Shown piece after piece: positions 12,601-26,129 of a DNA stretch of 64,000 nt. This DNA comes from Raillietiella orientalis (Eukaryota). The translations under genes and the position numbers were made by a program. Within the stretch, counting starts at the first letter, position 1. The number at the start of each line of letters is the position of its first letter. The notes beneath the pieces were generated by a model. That model was given only the letters and a program-made list of their open reading frames with translations, did not search any database and was not told the DNA's origin. The DNA lies in NCBI GenBank assembly GCA_036172245.1, contig JAYWIR010000012.1, positions 3,038,001-3,102,000 on the forward strand, written 5' to 3'.

Positions 12601-13376
12601 TCTCTGGACTGTTCCGCATCCCTAAAGAGTCTTGTCTGCCCCCCCCCCCCCTCGCGGTGTTTATCAGGCCGGTTCCTCCGACCTGCCAATCTCGTCCTCA
12701 GGGACCGGGTCGCAGATTGTATGGAGGCGAATGAGGGCCGCTCATATGCTCATACCATCTTCTTTGGCATGGTGTAGAGTGCAGGTAGGGAAATGCCCGG
12801 CCGCTTTCCAGCAGGAGAAGAAGGCAACGTCGTTCCTCCTCACGAGGATGCGCGGTAAAGACAAAGGGGAAAAGTGGGCTGGCGTGTGCCATCGTGAGGA
12901 CGGAAGGTAAGCTTCAAGAATGGCGGAAGACAGAGGGAAGAGGAAATGTCAGAGGTACCAGAGATTCAGGTGCTTCAGGAGAGATTCTCGGACTTCGCGA
13001 ACGGTGGAGTAGAGGGCTCCTGCATCGAGGGAAAGGGGAAGTGGGAACCGAATGCATCTTTCACTCTGAGGAAAATGCTAGCTGCTGCTAAGGAGTTGGG
13101 ATGCGAGAAGCTGGATATGATCCAACGGGCAGCAGCAATGTGAAAACGGTGAATCTAAATCTGAGTGCACGCTGCAGAGAAACGGAGTTGTCCACCGAAA
13201 CTGTTCTTTGATGCCCGTAGAATTCCCATATACATGAAAGGAAGGAGAATCTTTCCCACAGAAATAGAAGTCCGAAGAAAAATAACTTGGAGGAAGACAG
13301 ATGTGAGGGCAACGCACGGTTCGCTCTGCTAAGGTTAGTGTCTTTTTTTTTTGATTCTTTAAGTACTGAAGAACCA

Positions 13377-13922
13377 ATGCCCTGCACACCCCGTGCTCAC
13401 CCTCGGGACGGAAAGGGCGTGCCTCCTCACCTTCCCGTCCCCGTTTCGTACCGAGTACCCGAGCTCCAAACGGGCTGTCACCGCTTCTTCTTCACCCCAT
13501 CCTTCCCCTCCCCCGCCGCCATCTTTTACCACCGGGCTGTCCTCTGACGAGATCGCGATTCCCTGTCGCTCGTGTACCGTCGAGATCCACGCTCCTCCCC
13601 GGCCAAAGAATTGGCCTCTGAGGACGGTTTCAAGGTGAGTCGTCGCGTCGAGGACAATTTGACCTGGATGGGACCACCACAGTGTGGTCCATGGAGGGAC
13701 CCTTGCATAGGTTGTGCTCCCTCACCCGAGGAGCTTTTATTGATGGGAATCGTTTGGAGTTCTTCTGTTTTCTCTGCTTTCCTTCTAGCTTTCTTTTTTC
13801 TTGGAGTTCTATTTTTTCCTTTTTTTCTTTTTTTTTTGGGGGGGGGGGGGGGGAGGGGTTCCAAGGAGTGCTGAAGAACCGTCCGCCTCTTCAGGGGAGG
13901 CTCACGAAGCTCTTTGGCACCG
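13377..13922 (-). repeat. Right arm of ~540-bp inverted repeat (partner 7630-8166)
   Basis: Same match as the left arm; ORF-track peptides are shared on opposite strands. Confidence 0.97.
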
Positions 13923-14397
13923 TCCATAGGGCTCGGGCTCACTCCTCATTTCCTCCCCGAAGGGAACCCGAGGGAACCCGAGATCCACTCCAGGAATTTC
14001 TTTTCTGTAAGGACTCGGAAAGGAACCGTTCAATTCCTCCTCAGAAGAGACCCCGAAGAAACTCTTCCCGATTTCTTTTGAAGGACCGCTCCCCGAAGTG
14101 AGCAGCGCGCTTTGTGGAGGCAGTCTCCCGAGGGGAGAACCCCAAAGGGAAACGACTTCTTGATTCCCGGAAGGACCCGGAGTGGTCGTGGATCGACTCC
14201 CTAATCCCGGACTATCCGGTTTTTGCCAGCTTCTACCAGTACCTCACCCGATTATGGGCAATCAGCGTCATCTTGCGTGAAGAACTCGAACCCACGACGC
14301 ATCCTTTCCTCTGGCGTCGTTCCTTCCCGGACGGGATTCGAACCCGCGACGCCTGGTGCAGCAGTAGGAGACCGTAGCCACATGGCTGCCAATGAGG
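13923..14397 (-). mobile_element. tRNA-headed repeat family copy with intact head
   Basis: Minus strand: TGGCAGCCATGTGG (A-box-like) ... GGGTTCGAATCCC (B-box), then a conserved body and monomers. Confidence 0.85.
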
Positions 14398-14779
14398 GTG
14401 TAAGCATCTTCAGTTGCGCACTGCCTGTACCTGTGTTTCAAAAGTGGAACGAACACATTCTCCTCCCTCTTTTCTTTTTTCTGCTTTGCAGCTTAAACCG
14501 ACAGCACTTCGATGATCCGCCACGCTCCTGGACCGGTCTCCCAGCCTCGTGGTCGCGTTCTTAGCTGTGCTCGTATCAGCATCGAGAAAAAATGCGCGCG
14601 CGCGCGCATGATGAGTGTGGAGGGAGTTCTGTCCCGTCAGTCGCTCGGTGTCCACCGTTTCCTGGCAGTGCTGATCCTTCTTCCCTTCGGACCTTCACGT
14701 CTTCCTTCGAGAATGAAATCGAATTCCCCTTCCGTCCTTCCCTTTATGAATGTCTCCCGTGCGAGTCTTTCTCGGCAAA

Positions 14780-15160
14780 GAGACTGCACGATGTTTGGCG
14801 CCACTCTTCAGCAGCTGCGGTCTGAGCAGCACACCTTTCCAGTGTTCCCTGAGCGACCCAGACGCGGAGTACGGGAATCCTGGAGCAGCTGCGGCCATCG
14901 GCCTGCCATGCGAAGCGAATTCTAGGGGGCGGCTGCTGCTGAGGTTTTCAGACAGACGACGCGTATGCAGCCGAGCCGGTTTACATTGGTTTGAGACCAG
15001 CAAGCGCGCCCGATTGGCCAGCAACACCAAGGACAAAGGTGAGAACCTGATGATCCTGCTCCAGGGTCGATGTACCAAGAGGTGATCCCGAAAGGCATCA
15101 CGGGAAAACTGGAAGCTGGGAGGCACCAGCTCCCGGCCTATCTTCTCTGCCTGTTGCCTC
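14780..15160 (-). mobile_element. LINE ORF2 post-RT relic
   Basis: W..I.RFSPLSLVLLANRARLLVS resembles W....LSL.GR..L....L.S. Confidence 0.4.
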
Positions 15161-16149
15161 GAGAAGAGCGTTCTTGTCAACCGAGGGGACTCTTTTGGTC
15201 AAGAATCGGTGCACCGACCGTCTGCTCTCTGCTTTCCCCTTTTGTCTGGCTTCCACTGAAGCTTCCTGGGGATCTTCCGAAGAGGCGTGCGAAACCTAGG
15301 CGGACGCCGCGCTCCCCCTCGCGGCACCAAACAGCAGTTCTGGGGAGGAATGAACTGCAGGACAATTCTTCGCCGTGTCTTCCGGATGCGCCTCGTCGCT
15401 CCTTAGCGAGACCTGTAGACCGTCCTCCTTGCAGAGTCAGATGACGGATCGAGGGAGGGGGGACACTTGGGCAAGATAATGCTTGAAAGTCGCTCACAGC
15501 ATCGAGGAATCGCTCTGCCGGCTGACCGAATCCCCTTGAAGGGGGTTTCCAGCTCCAGAGTCTCCTTCTTTCGGGTCTCCCGTACGGGAAGGGGATACGG
15601 ATCACGTGTGCACGGAAGCGAGTCTCGAGATCATGAGAACTGCGAGGTCGAAAACTGGAACTGCTCGATTTTTTCTGCCTTCCCGTTTGCTATTTTTTGT
15701 TCCCCCAAGGTCGTTCACCATCTAAAATAACTCTTTCGACTCGCCGAAAAAAGCCAAAAAAAATTGAGAAGAGAGGGGAAGGGGGAAGTGGAAGTAACGT
15801 GGCTGCTTTGACCGCCCGAAATTTTGGTGGCACGTCCGGGGGGTGTTGAAAGCCGTTCTTCTCGATGATCCGCCTCACCTCTTTTTCGGATACGAGGGCG
15901 CTCGCAGTTTCGTTTGGCTACGGGAAAAAAAAGAAAAACAACAAAAAGGTCCATTCCTGCCCCTCACGGTCTGGAGGGATTGTAGCAAGGGGAAAAGCCT
16001 CTCTTGAGGGAGGGCACCGCGTGTACTTTTCCTCGTGGCTACCGGCAGGAAGTTCTGTACGTGGGGTTTGCTTCTTTTTTTTTTCCATCCTGTTTCACGG
16101 TGAAGTCCAAGAATCAACATCAGCAACCAGCACACATCTAAATCTCACA

Positions 16150-18300
16150 GATTTATGTGTCGTTCACAGACTGGCAACAGCAGCTCCCCATGTTCCGATG
16201 CTTTTATGCCGCTCTTCTGACACTGAAGAAGCTTCCAGACGACGTTCAAGGTGCTTGTATCTTCTCCTTTCGCTGCAAGAATCTCGTAGGATTTTCCTCC
16301 AGCTCTGCCACGATAAGCTCTGAGGAAAGCGACCATGAATCATTGCGTTAGATCGTGATTCTTCTAGCTTTCCTCCATGAACGGTTTCTAGAGAGACGGA
16401 AGAGACTCACGATTGGTTTCTCCCTACTTCTTATGATGTGAAAAGTTCAAGAGTTTTTTCTCGAAGCAGCTCGCCGACCCACTAGGCTGTTACGTATCGG
16501 TAGTGGTGTTCTGTCCGAGAGATCGGGAACGAAAGCAAAAGAGGAGCGTTTCCTACTGCAAGACGCAAGCAGCGGCGTCTACAGTTGGCATTCTTGAAGA
16601 GATGTCTAAAAGTTCAATTAGAAAGGATATCAGTCTTTCCGGAAGATAGGTGGTTCCTAGAGGCTGTGCGACGGTGGGTAAAATACGCGCTCCATTCCTG
16701 CATTAACTCGAAGGCGTAGCTGGTCGCCACTAGTCGTTGCGATGACAACTTGATCCGGAAATGGTTTGACGAGCGCGCCTTCACACAAGGCAACAACAAG
16801 GAAGACTGGGTCCTTCAGGAATCCGATGCCTGACGAGAATATGGCGAACACTGAAGAACACGCCTTAGGAACGAACACGTTCAGCTGTTGTGTTGTGCAG
16901 GTATGCTGGGCATTCGAACGAACAGGGCAGCTGCCAATTCTAACAATCTGCTACCTAGAGATGACAATCCAGGAAGGCTCCGGAGAAAAAGCCCGTTCCT
17001 CTTACGTTTGGGATGGAACCACGAAGAGACCCTCTTTCGCGCTTCTTTTGGGCCTACTCTTGGTCTATCAAAGAGTGGAGCTCGCAGCTATGCAACGGCA
17101 TCAACGCTATGGCCCGCGTCCATCCTCTCACAGCTTTTGGAGCATACGAACTTGCTCTTCCAGCGGCAGCCAAGCTGCGAACAGGGTCAAAGCCCCCTCC
17201 TTGGCTGCCACGTCGGTAGCATTGGACCAGAGGGATCCGGAAGGTGAATCAAGCCATCTTTGCGCCCTCCTCCTTGATGAAGGCGACTTCCGTCCAGTCT
17301 TCAGCGCGTCAATCTGAACGATAATCGCCGGCGTCCGCCTCGTGTGGAGCACCTCAGGTGACCGGTCGGGGGCATCGGCAAGCTCCGAGACAAACCTTCC
17401 ACGCTAGAATTCGGGAGTGGGTTGAGGCCACCGGATTTCAGTGCCAGCGGCTCCGAGCAAGAGAAACGCTCACTGCACGTAGGTGGCGGTTCGTTTACTC
17501 TTCCTCCCCACCTTGTTTATGAGTTCTGGCGCGTTTCCTCTTGGCTGTAAAAGAGGAGCGCGACAGGCCCTAGCGCAGTGGAAAACAAAAACAAGGCAGA
17601 GGGAGCAACGTGGCTCGAGCTTGCTTGGGCAGCGCCTTTCCGGAAGCGGCGGGAACTCAACTGTGCAGCGCGCGCGCACCACCGATGCAGACGCCGCCCT
17701 GGAGACTCCCTCCAGAGTCCCCCGGTGCGCGAACGCTGCGCGCGAACCGGACCTTCCGCTGCCGCCGCGAAGGACGTACGTGTGATCCCGCTCGGGATCG
17801 GAAAGTCCATCTCCCTTCCTCCCGCATTGGTCATGTCTCCTCAGCGAAGAGTTCCTCAAAGTTTCCTTTCGAGACGGACCTCAGGCCGTTGGTTGCGTGC
17901 AGCCACCAGCATCCGCCTTGGCACCCTGAGGAAAGCGTCAGTTGGGCGATTTTGGTCTCTTGCGTCACTCTCGCCAAGCAATGGCAAAGCAGTCTTCCAA
18001 GCTGGATGGCCGGACTTTCCGTTCGATCCCCCACGTCGGAAGAGGGATTTTGGTTGCTCCAGAACGACTGCCTTTGAGACTTCCGGAAATGCATCCCGTC
18101 AGGGATTCAAAGTTCCTACTGAGACGGGTTGCTTTCTTTTCCACCAGCCGCGTGCGCCTAAATCCTTTTGAGCCCGTTGGCTCCTCGCCGTCGGCCAGTA
18201 AATGGAGAGATACTTCAAAGGTGTCTGCCATCGTGAGGGTACCTTTGGTTGGACCCCACCTGTGAAGACTAAGACAGAAGAAACGGTAGAAATCCAACTG
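16150..18300 (-). mobile_element. L1/Tx1-type ORF2 relic (EN C-terminus, linker, RT)
   Basis: Motifs in order: GGCWWLH (GxWKLN), IDALKTGRKSP (AI..LK.GKSPG), FSSGIGF...FLVVALCEGA (L...GF...FI.WI..LY..A). Confidence 0.55.
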
Positions 18301-19099
18301 TCTATAAAGAGAACGACGCCTCTACACATGTATGCTCGAGTGCTCGAAGGAGGGTGTACACGCGCGTCTGCGTGCGTGCATGGCTTTTTGGTTGAAATTT
18401 TTCTCTCTCACGCGCGCTCTCTCTGCGTGGCGCTTCCGCTGAAGACGTGCGTCGCGGCTGCAGTGGAAGGGCGCATCGCCTCGAAAGCCATCATTTGCGA
18501 TCGCAGATTCACACTCCACTGGGATTTCAGTATCACTTCAAGGTGCACGCGGTTTTGAATCCGCAGTCCTCGACGAGAAATAGCAGTGAATTATCCATCT
18601 CCTGGACCTATTCTTTTGATCCTTTCCGCTATCCGTCATTTCCAGGCTTGCTCTGGAGGCACGCAAGCGAAGTAAGATGACGGTTTCGACTTCACACTCG
18701 GAAGAAGTTCTCTCCATTTGTTCTGTGGGAAAGCTGCCGCTGGAACAAAATTCTACCCGGCTACCGTCGGCTACAGTCTGGGGGAGACTCGCCTGCGTTC
18801 GACTCAGCCGGTTGTAGGGAGCTCCCCACGTTTCGTCGACACGAGTGCCCTGTGCTCCCGGCATCGCTCTCAAGAAGCTTCTTGAAGAAAAAAAAAGGCC
18901 ACGATGAGCCTTTCCGTTTCTGTTCGAGTTCCACTGCTCTTTCGCTTCTATTTCCAGCATGACTACGAGCTGGGGAAGAATATGTTGTGATGTTACTCAT
19001 CTCATGGGATTTCGTGGCTACTCTCCGACTCATTCATCCCTCCGATCCTCCCACTGCTCTTCGCTCTCTCCATTCTGTCATATCATTGCCACCGCTCCA

Positions 19100-20500
19100 G
19101 GTCAAAGTCAAGTTATGAATGGCAGAGACACGCCACCGGAAGCGCTGCTGACCATTTGAATCCTTGGAAGAGGTAATGAGGCCAAGGAACAGAATGCAGG
19201 AGGAATTTTTACTTCCCGACTGGCGATAGAGATTCGAAAGCGCTTGCTGCCAGGGTGGGACTTTCGTGACGTGCAAAGGGAGAGAGAGAAATATCGAGGA
19301 GCGACCAGGTGGGGCGGTACCGAGACCCCAAACCAGAACTCCCGGGGGCGAACGACATTTCCAGTAAAGAAAAATGGGAGCGGCAGGATTTTCGAAGGCT
19401 CGGGCCTGTCCATCTATATGCGGATCCCCAACGAAATTTCGCTCGCTTCTCGGGTCTTCGGCGGTTCTTCGTAGCTGTCGCACCTTACGTCCAAGAAGAG
19501 AGCCTCTTCACTAGGGCTCACCGCTGCTGCTGTTGGCACGAACCCACTGCACCGAGTTCTTGGGGAAGGATAGGCAACATGGGAGAGAGTGGGGGTGGTC
19601 TCAGCGATCCGCTGACCTTTTATACATTAAAACTTCGTTTGTTTGGTGCGCCGGAGGGACTCTCCACCTGGCTTCTTGGTGCGTCTCGTCTTCCGTGGGA
19701 ATCTGTGGAGGGGACGGGTTCAGTTGCCTGTGAGCCGTTCCTGTGCTCTCCGGTGCGCGTCACGGAATGCCAGACTCTTCTTCGTGCTGTCTTCTCGCTC
19801 GCTCGAGGTCTTCTGTGTCCTCGACACACCGCCTCTTTCCGGATGCCATGATTTCGAGGGACCCCCTTTGAGGCAACCCTTCATCGCCCTCTCGCCCGCA
19901 TCTCTTTGAAGGAACCCTCATGTAAGCATACCGCTTCTACGATGATGGCTCCCCCAGACTGCGACCGTTCCTTCACCTGCGAGCGACCAACCGGTTTCAA
20001 CCCGGAACCACTTCCCAAGATGGGCCAATTGAAAACTACCAGCTTCCATCACTTTTAATCCGCCCCACTAGTTCCGTTCTGTCTTGGAAGTTGTGCGGCG
20101 GCCAGAAGCACCTCTGCTTCCTGCAAAGTGATGCCGAAGTGGTAACTTGTAGAACCTATGGATTTACAAATGAGGGAAGAGAGACTCCACTCTTCACAGA
20201 TGGAGACCTCGTTATTCAGGGGACAGACGAGAGCAAGACTGAGTAGCACAAAGGGTGTCTCTGCTGAGATTGTCTGTACCCGCAGGGGTAGGAATCTCTG
20301 CGACCCATGAGGATACACCTCTTCGGCTCAGACTACTTACTTATTAACAGGCTGCACCATTTCTCTGATCTCCTCCCCGGTGCATTGACAGTGGACCTCC
20401 GGATTGTTTTCAGAGTGTCTCCAGAAGAACTCTTAATGCTGCACTCTGCAATTCCTTGCCTCGCACTCTTCCACCTCTCCTCCCCAGCAAACCATTCTCA
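19100..20500 (-). mobile_element. L1/Tx1-type ORF2 RT relic
   Basis: ITLQEAEVLLAAAQLPRQNGTSGAD...WPIL; KILPLPFFF; LYRQSGSKN....FLG. Confidence 0.5.
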
Positions 20501-20534
20501 CCACCGCCTCTTTTGCGGGCTTGATCCTGTCCGC

Positions 20535-21345
20535 ATTGGTGTTCCTGTGGTTGAGGTCTCCAACAGCGGCAAAAGGCTTTCGAGGGTTCGAATGCCACCC
20601 GGGGAAGGAACGACTAAGAGGAATGGGTGCGTCTCGTGGATTTCGAGTCCCCACCCCCTTCCGCAAAATGATTCTGGTCGACCTATAGGTTTCGGGCGTG
20701 GCGACACATCTGCACACCGGATGCCCCTGTTAAGTGATCGGGATTGGAATTTGACTCTCTCAAGACCTTCCAGAAATCAAGGAGCCCTTCTGGGATCCTC
20801 TCTGGTTGCCAAAATGGAACTGTCCTTCCTTTAGGGAGGGATCTTCCATTGCATACCATGGAGATGGTTGATACCCCCCTGAGGGCACGAACTAGTTCCA
20901 GAGTGCCGGAAGCACTCGGCTCCGTTCGAGGAGCCTTCTTCAGATAAATCTGGAAGTTACCCTTCTGGGTTGTCTTTAGAGTAAACAAAGAAGGAGCGGG
21001 GAACCCTTGCGGGTTCCGTCCGGAGAAAATAAGGAAGAAGTTCCTCAGAACGAGGGTTCGCTTCGGGGTTCTCCTGCCAAGTGTAAGAGGATCGGACTTC
21101 TTCCTGGATTCACTTGGTGGTCCCCTATTGGGGTACCCGAGACTTGAAGAGTTAACACGCACCCTCAGGTGACGTGGACAGTATCAAAGAGCTTCGTGAG
21201 TCCCTCTCCCCTTCTTCAGCACTTGGAGGACCAATGAAAAAAGAGAACTAGAAGAAGAAGAAAAAAGTTCAAAGGAAAGCAGTGAAAACAGAAGAATCCG
21301 AAAGGATTTCCATCATCATAGCACCTGGATCTCCTGATTACTTGC
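20535..21345 (+). mobile_element. tRNA-headed repeat family, near full-length copy
   Basis: GGGTTCGAATGCCACCCGGGGAAGGA head, body, monomers, AAAGAGCTTCGTGAG and A-rich tail. Confidence 0.85.
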
Positions 21346-21370
21346 AAACTCTACTTCCTGGCTTCAGGAA

Positions 21371-22175
21371 TCAGTGTTTCCATAGGAAAAGATCCACGGC
21401 GCGAGCGAAGCTGAGTACGCCTGCCTGCAACGAGGCATCAAGTCCTGGGATCTCAAATCGCTGAAGGAGATCGTCCGCAACCCGCAGAATATGCGGTGAG
21501 CCTCGTTCACCCCCTTGTCCCAGTGCTACCCTCCCTAAGCAACGCAAGGGACGGCGTAATCCAGGAAAGGTGGGAAGTGAAGAAGAATGTTCTGGGCCAG
21601 TGAACAACTCGAGAAGTGACAGACGCTGCGACCCCGAGTGTCCCACCGCAAGGACGTCTACGCCGGGAAGAACTGCTCGACATCCTTTCGGAGGAGGTGA
21701 AGTGGTCCCCAACGTGCTGGAACAGCGGCACCCTCCTCCTCAAGTGGCGAAAGTTGGCGCTGCTGGTGGTGCATGAGGGAATCCCGTGCAAAGCGCATCT
21801 TGGCCACTGGACACAGGGGAGCGTGAACACTCAGAGTGGGGCAGGTGCAGGAAGTAGGAGAGCCTGCCACACCTGCTGTTGGATTGTGCTGTCCCTGACC
21901 CTCTTGGGATCGCCTCGCGACGATCCCAGGAATCCTGGCGGGAGATCGCAGGGACATTTTCAAGCTCCTCTTCGAGCGTGGTGCCGCGCTGCCGCCGACC
22001 GCGTCCCTCGCTGTCTTCCTCTGTCTTCGCGGGATCACGGAAGCCTGGAACGTGGAAAGAAGAAGCCAGAATGATGGGGATGTCATCCAATAAGCCACAA
22101 TCTTCTTGGAGACCGCCTCGAGGTGGCCTCATCTCGGCGGGACGAGGATGGAACTTGCCAGCATCATGAACAGGA
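21371..22175 (+). repeat. 805-bp direct repeat, copy 2 (dead LINE zf-RVT fragment); diverged LINE 3' UTR continues to ~22415
   Basis: Same match as copy 1. Confidence 0.98.
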
Positions 22176-23699
22176 CGCACAGGACTCCTGACAGAGTATT
22201 GTGATCCCTTCCCCGGTTTCCTCTCCCTAAGTATAAGTTCCCGTCCCCTGTTTCTTTGTGTTCTTTGTATTTTTTTTTTATGTTTTTGTCTCTCCCCCCC
22301 CCCGCGCTGCCGAAGCGACCCTCGTCGGTCCGCAAGACGCTCTCCGGCAGGTTCGTTGCACGTGATAGAACCAAGGGTTCGACCGTACCAATGTATTTTC
22401 ATTACTTTACGTAAAAAATGTCCCGGCATAAACGGATGATGACCATCCTGCACACCAAAAACACGGAACCTTCCATCAAGCACGCCTGTGAAGACCTCGC
22501 TGCCTCGTGCGGCAAGTGTTCAGGGGGCCTTCATCGGCCCTGTAGGAACACGAGCACGTCAGCTGCAAACCAGAAGCGTGTGAAACGGTTTGGTTGGAGA
22601 GACGATTAGCACGAGATAGCGAGTATCAAGGATCCTCCATTTATCGAAAGAAAATCCCAAAATGAAGAGACCTACGCATTTCTGAGGCCCACGCGAGAGA
22701 GCACAAGGGACCGTGGAATCGGCAGGGAATGACGTATTGCCGTTGCAGAATAATAAGGAAAACTTCCGAAGAACGGTCTCATTCTTCCGAGCTGCCTGAC
22801 ATGCCATCCGCGAAGAAGCTTTCGCTTTGAGGAGCCAAGAAATCACCTTCGGTCAGCGCCAGCAGGCGGCAATCGGAGGACTTTTTTTTTTCTTCTTCTT
22901 CTTTTCCATTAAAGCGAGAGTTCTCCATGGAGATCACGATCGAAGAGCGGAAGCAGGAAACGGCAGCGCTATTCCAGTCTGCTCGGCCCCTATCTTCATC
23001 GTCGCTGATTCCACCGCCACTAGAAATCGAACCGACAGAAACTTCGAGGAGTTCCTCCGGTACGTCAGAGGAGACGGTTACTTCCCTAAGCAGCTGCTGC
23101 CTTCTGCGTGAACACCCTCGAGAAGGACGCAGCTCCCTCTCAGACTCCCGAAGTATCCCGGTCGTCCGAGACGTTTCAGGTCGACTGCGTTGGTTGATTC
23201 GGCGTTCGATTTCTCATCCCACTGACCACGAATTTCATTCGAACTTCACGTTCGATTTCTTGAGTTTTTTGCGTCTTTTCATCTCCTGGAAGGGAAGCAA
23301 GAAAGGAAGGAAGAGTAAGAATAAGAAATAAAAACACATGTCCGCCGGCATTTTCCACTCGCTTAGCGCTTTCCATTTTCCACTCTTTCCCCTTCCTGGT
23401 TTCGGGACGCTTGAGGAACCACGGCGAGGGAATCCCGCCTCCAAAGGGTCGATTTCTGAATCCCAGAAATCTGTCTTGGATTTCAGGACTTTTCTATTCC
23501 GGATTTCCGGTCACTGATTGATAATAAGTAAGTAAAGCAAGTAGACGCAGTGGCAAAATGTCAGGCGTCGGGTTTCGAACCTTACTAAGAGGTAAGAAGA
23601 GGAAGATGAGGAAGATGGAGAAAGAGGGATACAATAAAGTGAAGAGGAACAGATGAGAGCCTCACATTGGTGATGATGATTCCCGTTTTTCACTCAGGT

Positions 23700-24960
23700 C
23701 ATGCTGGAGGCGGCGAAGTGGTCCGACGTGGCTCTGTGAGGTGAAGGGGAACCTTCATGCGATTGCGGAACAGGTGGAATGCACCTCTCATCCCTGGGGA
23801 AGACGTGGGACCTGGAGTTCTCCACATGTGGCAGTAACCACAAAATGAAACTGTATCGCTGCATCATTGAAAGAATGGGAAGATTCATCCACATGACCCG
23901 CGAGCTCCGGAAACATCGAGCAACCAATGTGTGGCGTCTAGCTACCAGAGTTGACATTTGCGAGATCAAGAAGGACACCATCGAAGACGTATCACTGGAA
24001 AAGTCCGCTGCGGGGTACGAAACGTGAGCTTGTCAGCTGTTGGAACAACGATATGGAGGAGCGATCTACCACTGCTCAGGCTCTTGACAGCCTTCCTGGA
24101 TTCCTTAGCTGTTTATCTGTGGCACTCATCGCCACTCAGCCTGTTGCTTGGTTACCTGTCCTCCGTCTCGCAAGGACTGACCGCTGGGGTTCGGCTGTAT
24201 GTGGCTCTCGGTCCCTGGTGTAACGTGGGCTGCATAGATGTCGCTGAAATACCATGGAGGAATACTGTGTGAATCCAGACTCGAACACTGGATGGGAAAC
24301 AGCCCAGACGAACTCTGCAAGGCACTTTGAGTCAAGGAAACCCAGTTCCGTGTTCTCTCCTTCCTGGTGCTGCGCCAAGATTGGGCAACGCCGAAGGCAG
24401 TGGCGGACCTTCAGAGGACCCCGAAGATGGAGATCTTGACAAGTATATTTGAAGGAAACGAGAACATTCCCCGATGCAATCTTATAGTCCGCACTGTCAT
24501 CGCTCTCTTCATCTCAAGCATCGTACTAAGAAAGGCAAAAATGCGGAACACCAGGGCAATAGGCAGAGTACCCTCCTCGACCTATACCGCTAAATCCTGA
24601 AGATGACGGATGCTACCCAAGTGAGTGGAATGCTCACCAAACCCTGTGGTTTTTTCCCATCCCGGAAGCGAACGTGACACAAGGAAGTGATGCTCGCTGC
24701 TGTAAGCTTTTCTGTGCAGAAACTGAACGAAGTGTTTGCAAAAATGCGCGGATGGTGGAATCGCACGAAAGTCGTGAAATGGATCCAACCCATTGCTGGT
24801 CGCACCCAACCCGTTGTGTGAGGCGATGCACACGACGAGCCTGTTGGCGGAAGAGCCTGGGGTGTTGAATCCATCGACCACGTGCCCGTCCTCGATGATG
24901 CGGCCACCTGTGTTCGCAGGCGGGTCGGAGAGAAACGGATACGATCTACCTCGTCGGATC
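23700..24960 (+). mobile_element. Degenerate Ty3/gypsy pol relic (RNase H-integrase)
   Basis: GFLSCLSVALIATQPVAWL....RTDRWG (YL.G..F...TDHQPL.WL...RW); VRTVIALFISSIVLR (A..VA..F...I..R.G). Confidence 0.5.
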
Positions 24961-26030
24961 ATCCCCAGATCGAGCTAGTGATCTAGAGATGGTTCCTTCA
25001 GGAAAACTGGAACCTCGGATAGTTCCTGGGACCCTGAAACAAAGATGTGGAGGATCCCAGAAGGCTGGATCGCGCGCGTCCTTTCTAGGAGTGACATCCT
25101 CCGCATCTCTGACGAGGGTTCTGCTGAAGTGCAAGCGTGCAAGGAAGCCTTCCTACCAGGAGGCACCCATAGGTGGGCACCTCGATGCCAGGCATCTGGC
25201 GAGGTATGGATCCAGAAGGAGAAGCTCCCGTGGTGGGGAAGGCAAACTTGGCAAACAAGAGCGGCAGGTTTTCGTAAACCCCGAGGACCAGGTGCGCACC
25301 ACGTCGAGCAGGCGGGGATGGCGTAGCGGGGGAATGTGACTTTCTCCTGTACGCAAGGGTATCTCCTAAAAAGAACCGAGCCACGAACTCCTAGAGACCA
25401 CCACTAGCAGGAGGTCGAAGGAGGCTTCGAGCCGTCTGAATGATCTCACAATCAGCCAAAGGCTGTCGGTAGGCTCAAAAGTAGAGCTGCTCCAGGTGTG
25501 CGGACGGGTCTTCCTCGGAGTTTTGCCAACTCCTCGCAACAGAACTCGCACTCTTGGTGCATAAAATAAAACGGCTGATTCGAAGAGAGGCTTCAGATCA
25601 TCTAACGTTTCTCTCCTGCACAAGAAAGGAGACTCGTGATCCCTGAGGAACTGGCGTCTCATGTCGCTCGAGAAAGGGGACGTCGGTTGCTCTCTAAAGT
25701 GTGGAGCGTGCGGGCAGGGCATGTGGCGGAATCCATGGTCATCTCGGAAGAGATCTACCTATTCTTGGATCAAACCGTGGATGCCAACCTCATCTAGGTT
25801 CAGACCTGATTCAGGCTCCGGGAAGAAAAGGCCACGGCTCCCCCCACAAGAAGAGCGCGAGCTGCGCGGAAGGGGCACCGGGCATCGTAGCCGACCTTCC
25901 AAGGACTTTGGACTGCTTCGGCCACGAGCTCTTCCTCCGTCTGCCAGAAACGGTTTGGCTTTCCAGAGGCCTTCCTCGGTCTGCTGCGCTTCCTGTGGCT
26001 CAAGGCGAAAATTACAACCTCTCTTTTAGC
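24960..26030 (-). mobile_element. L1/Tx1-type ORF2 RT relic
   Basis: LDEVGIHGLIQE*VDLF (L...G....FI.WV.LLY); DPAFWDP (PLFWNP). Confidence 0.45.
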
Positions 26031-26129
26031 GACCTTCCCATCAGAGGCACTGAGGTCAGGCGGGAAATTCAGCAGGACTCAATGCTCTCCAGCCGGCCTC
26101 CTACCCAACCTCGGGGACATCCCGCTCTA

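Noticed and set aside
14325..14397. Functional tRNA gene
   Set aside because: No paired acceptor stem or clear anticodon arm, and it is attached to a dispersed repeat body.
24380..24600. Minus-strand hydrophobic peptide resembling a family-B GPCR helix
   Set aside because: Contains stops, has no splice context, and is better explained as antisense to the gypsy integrase relic.
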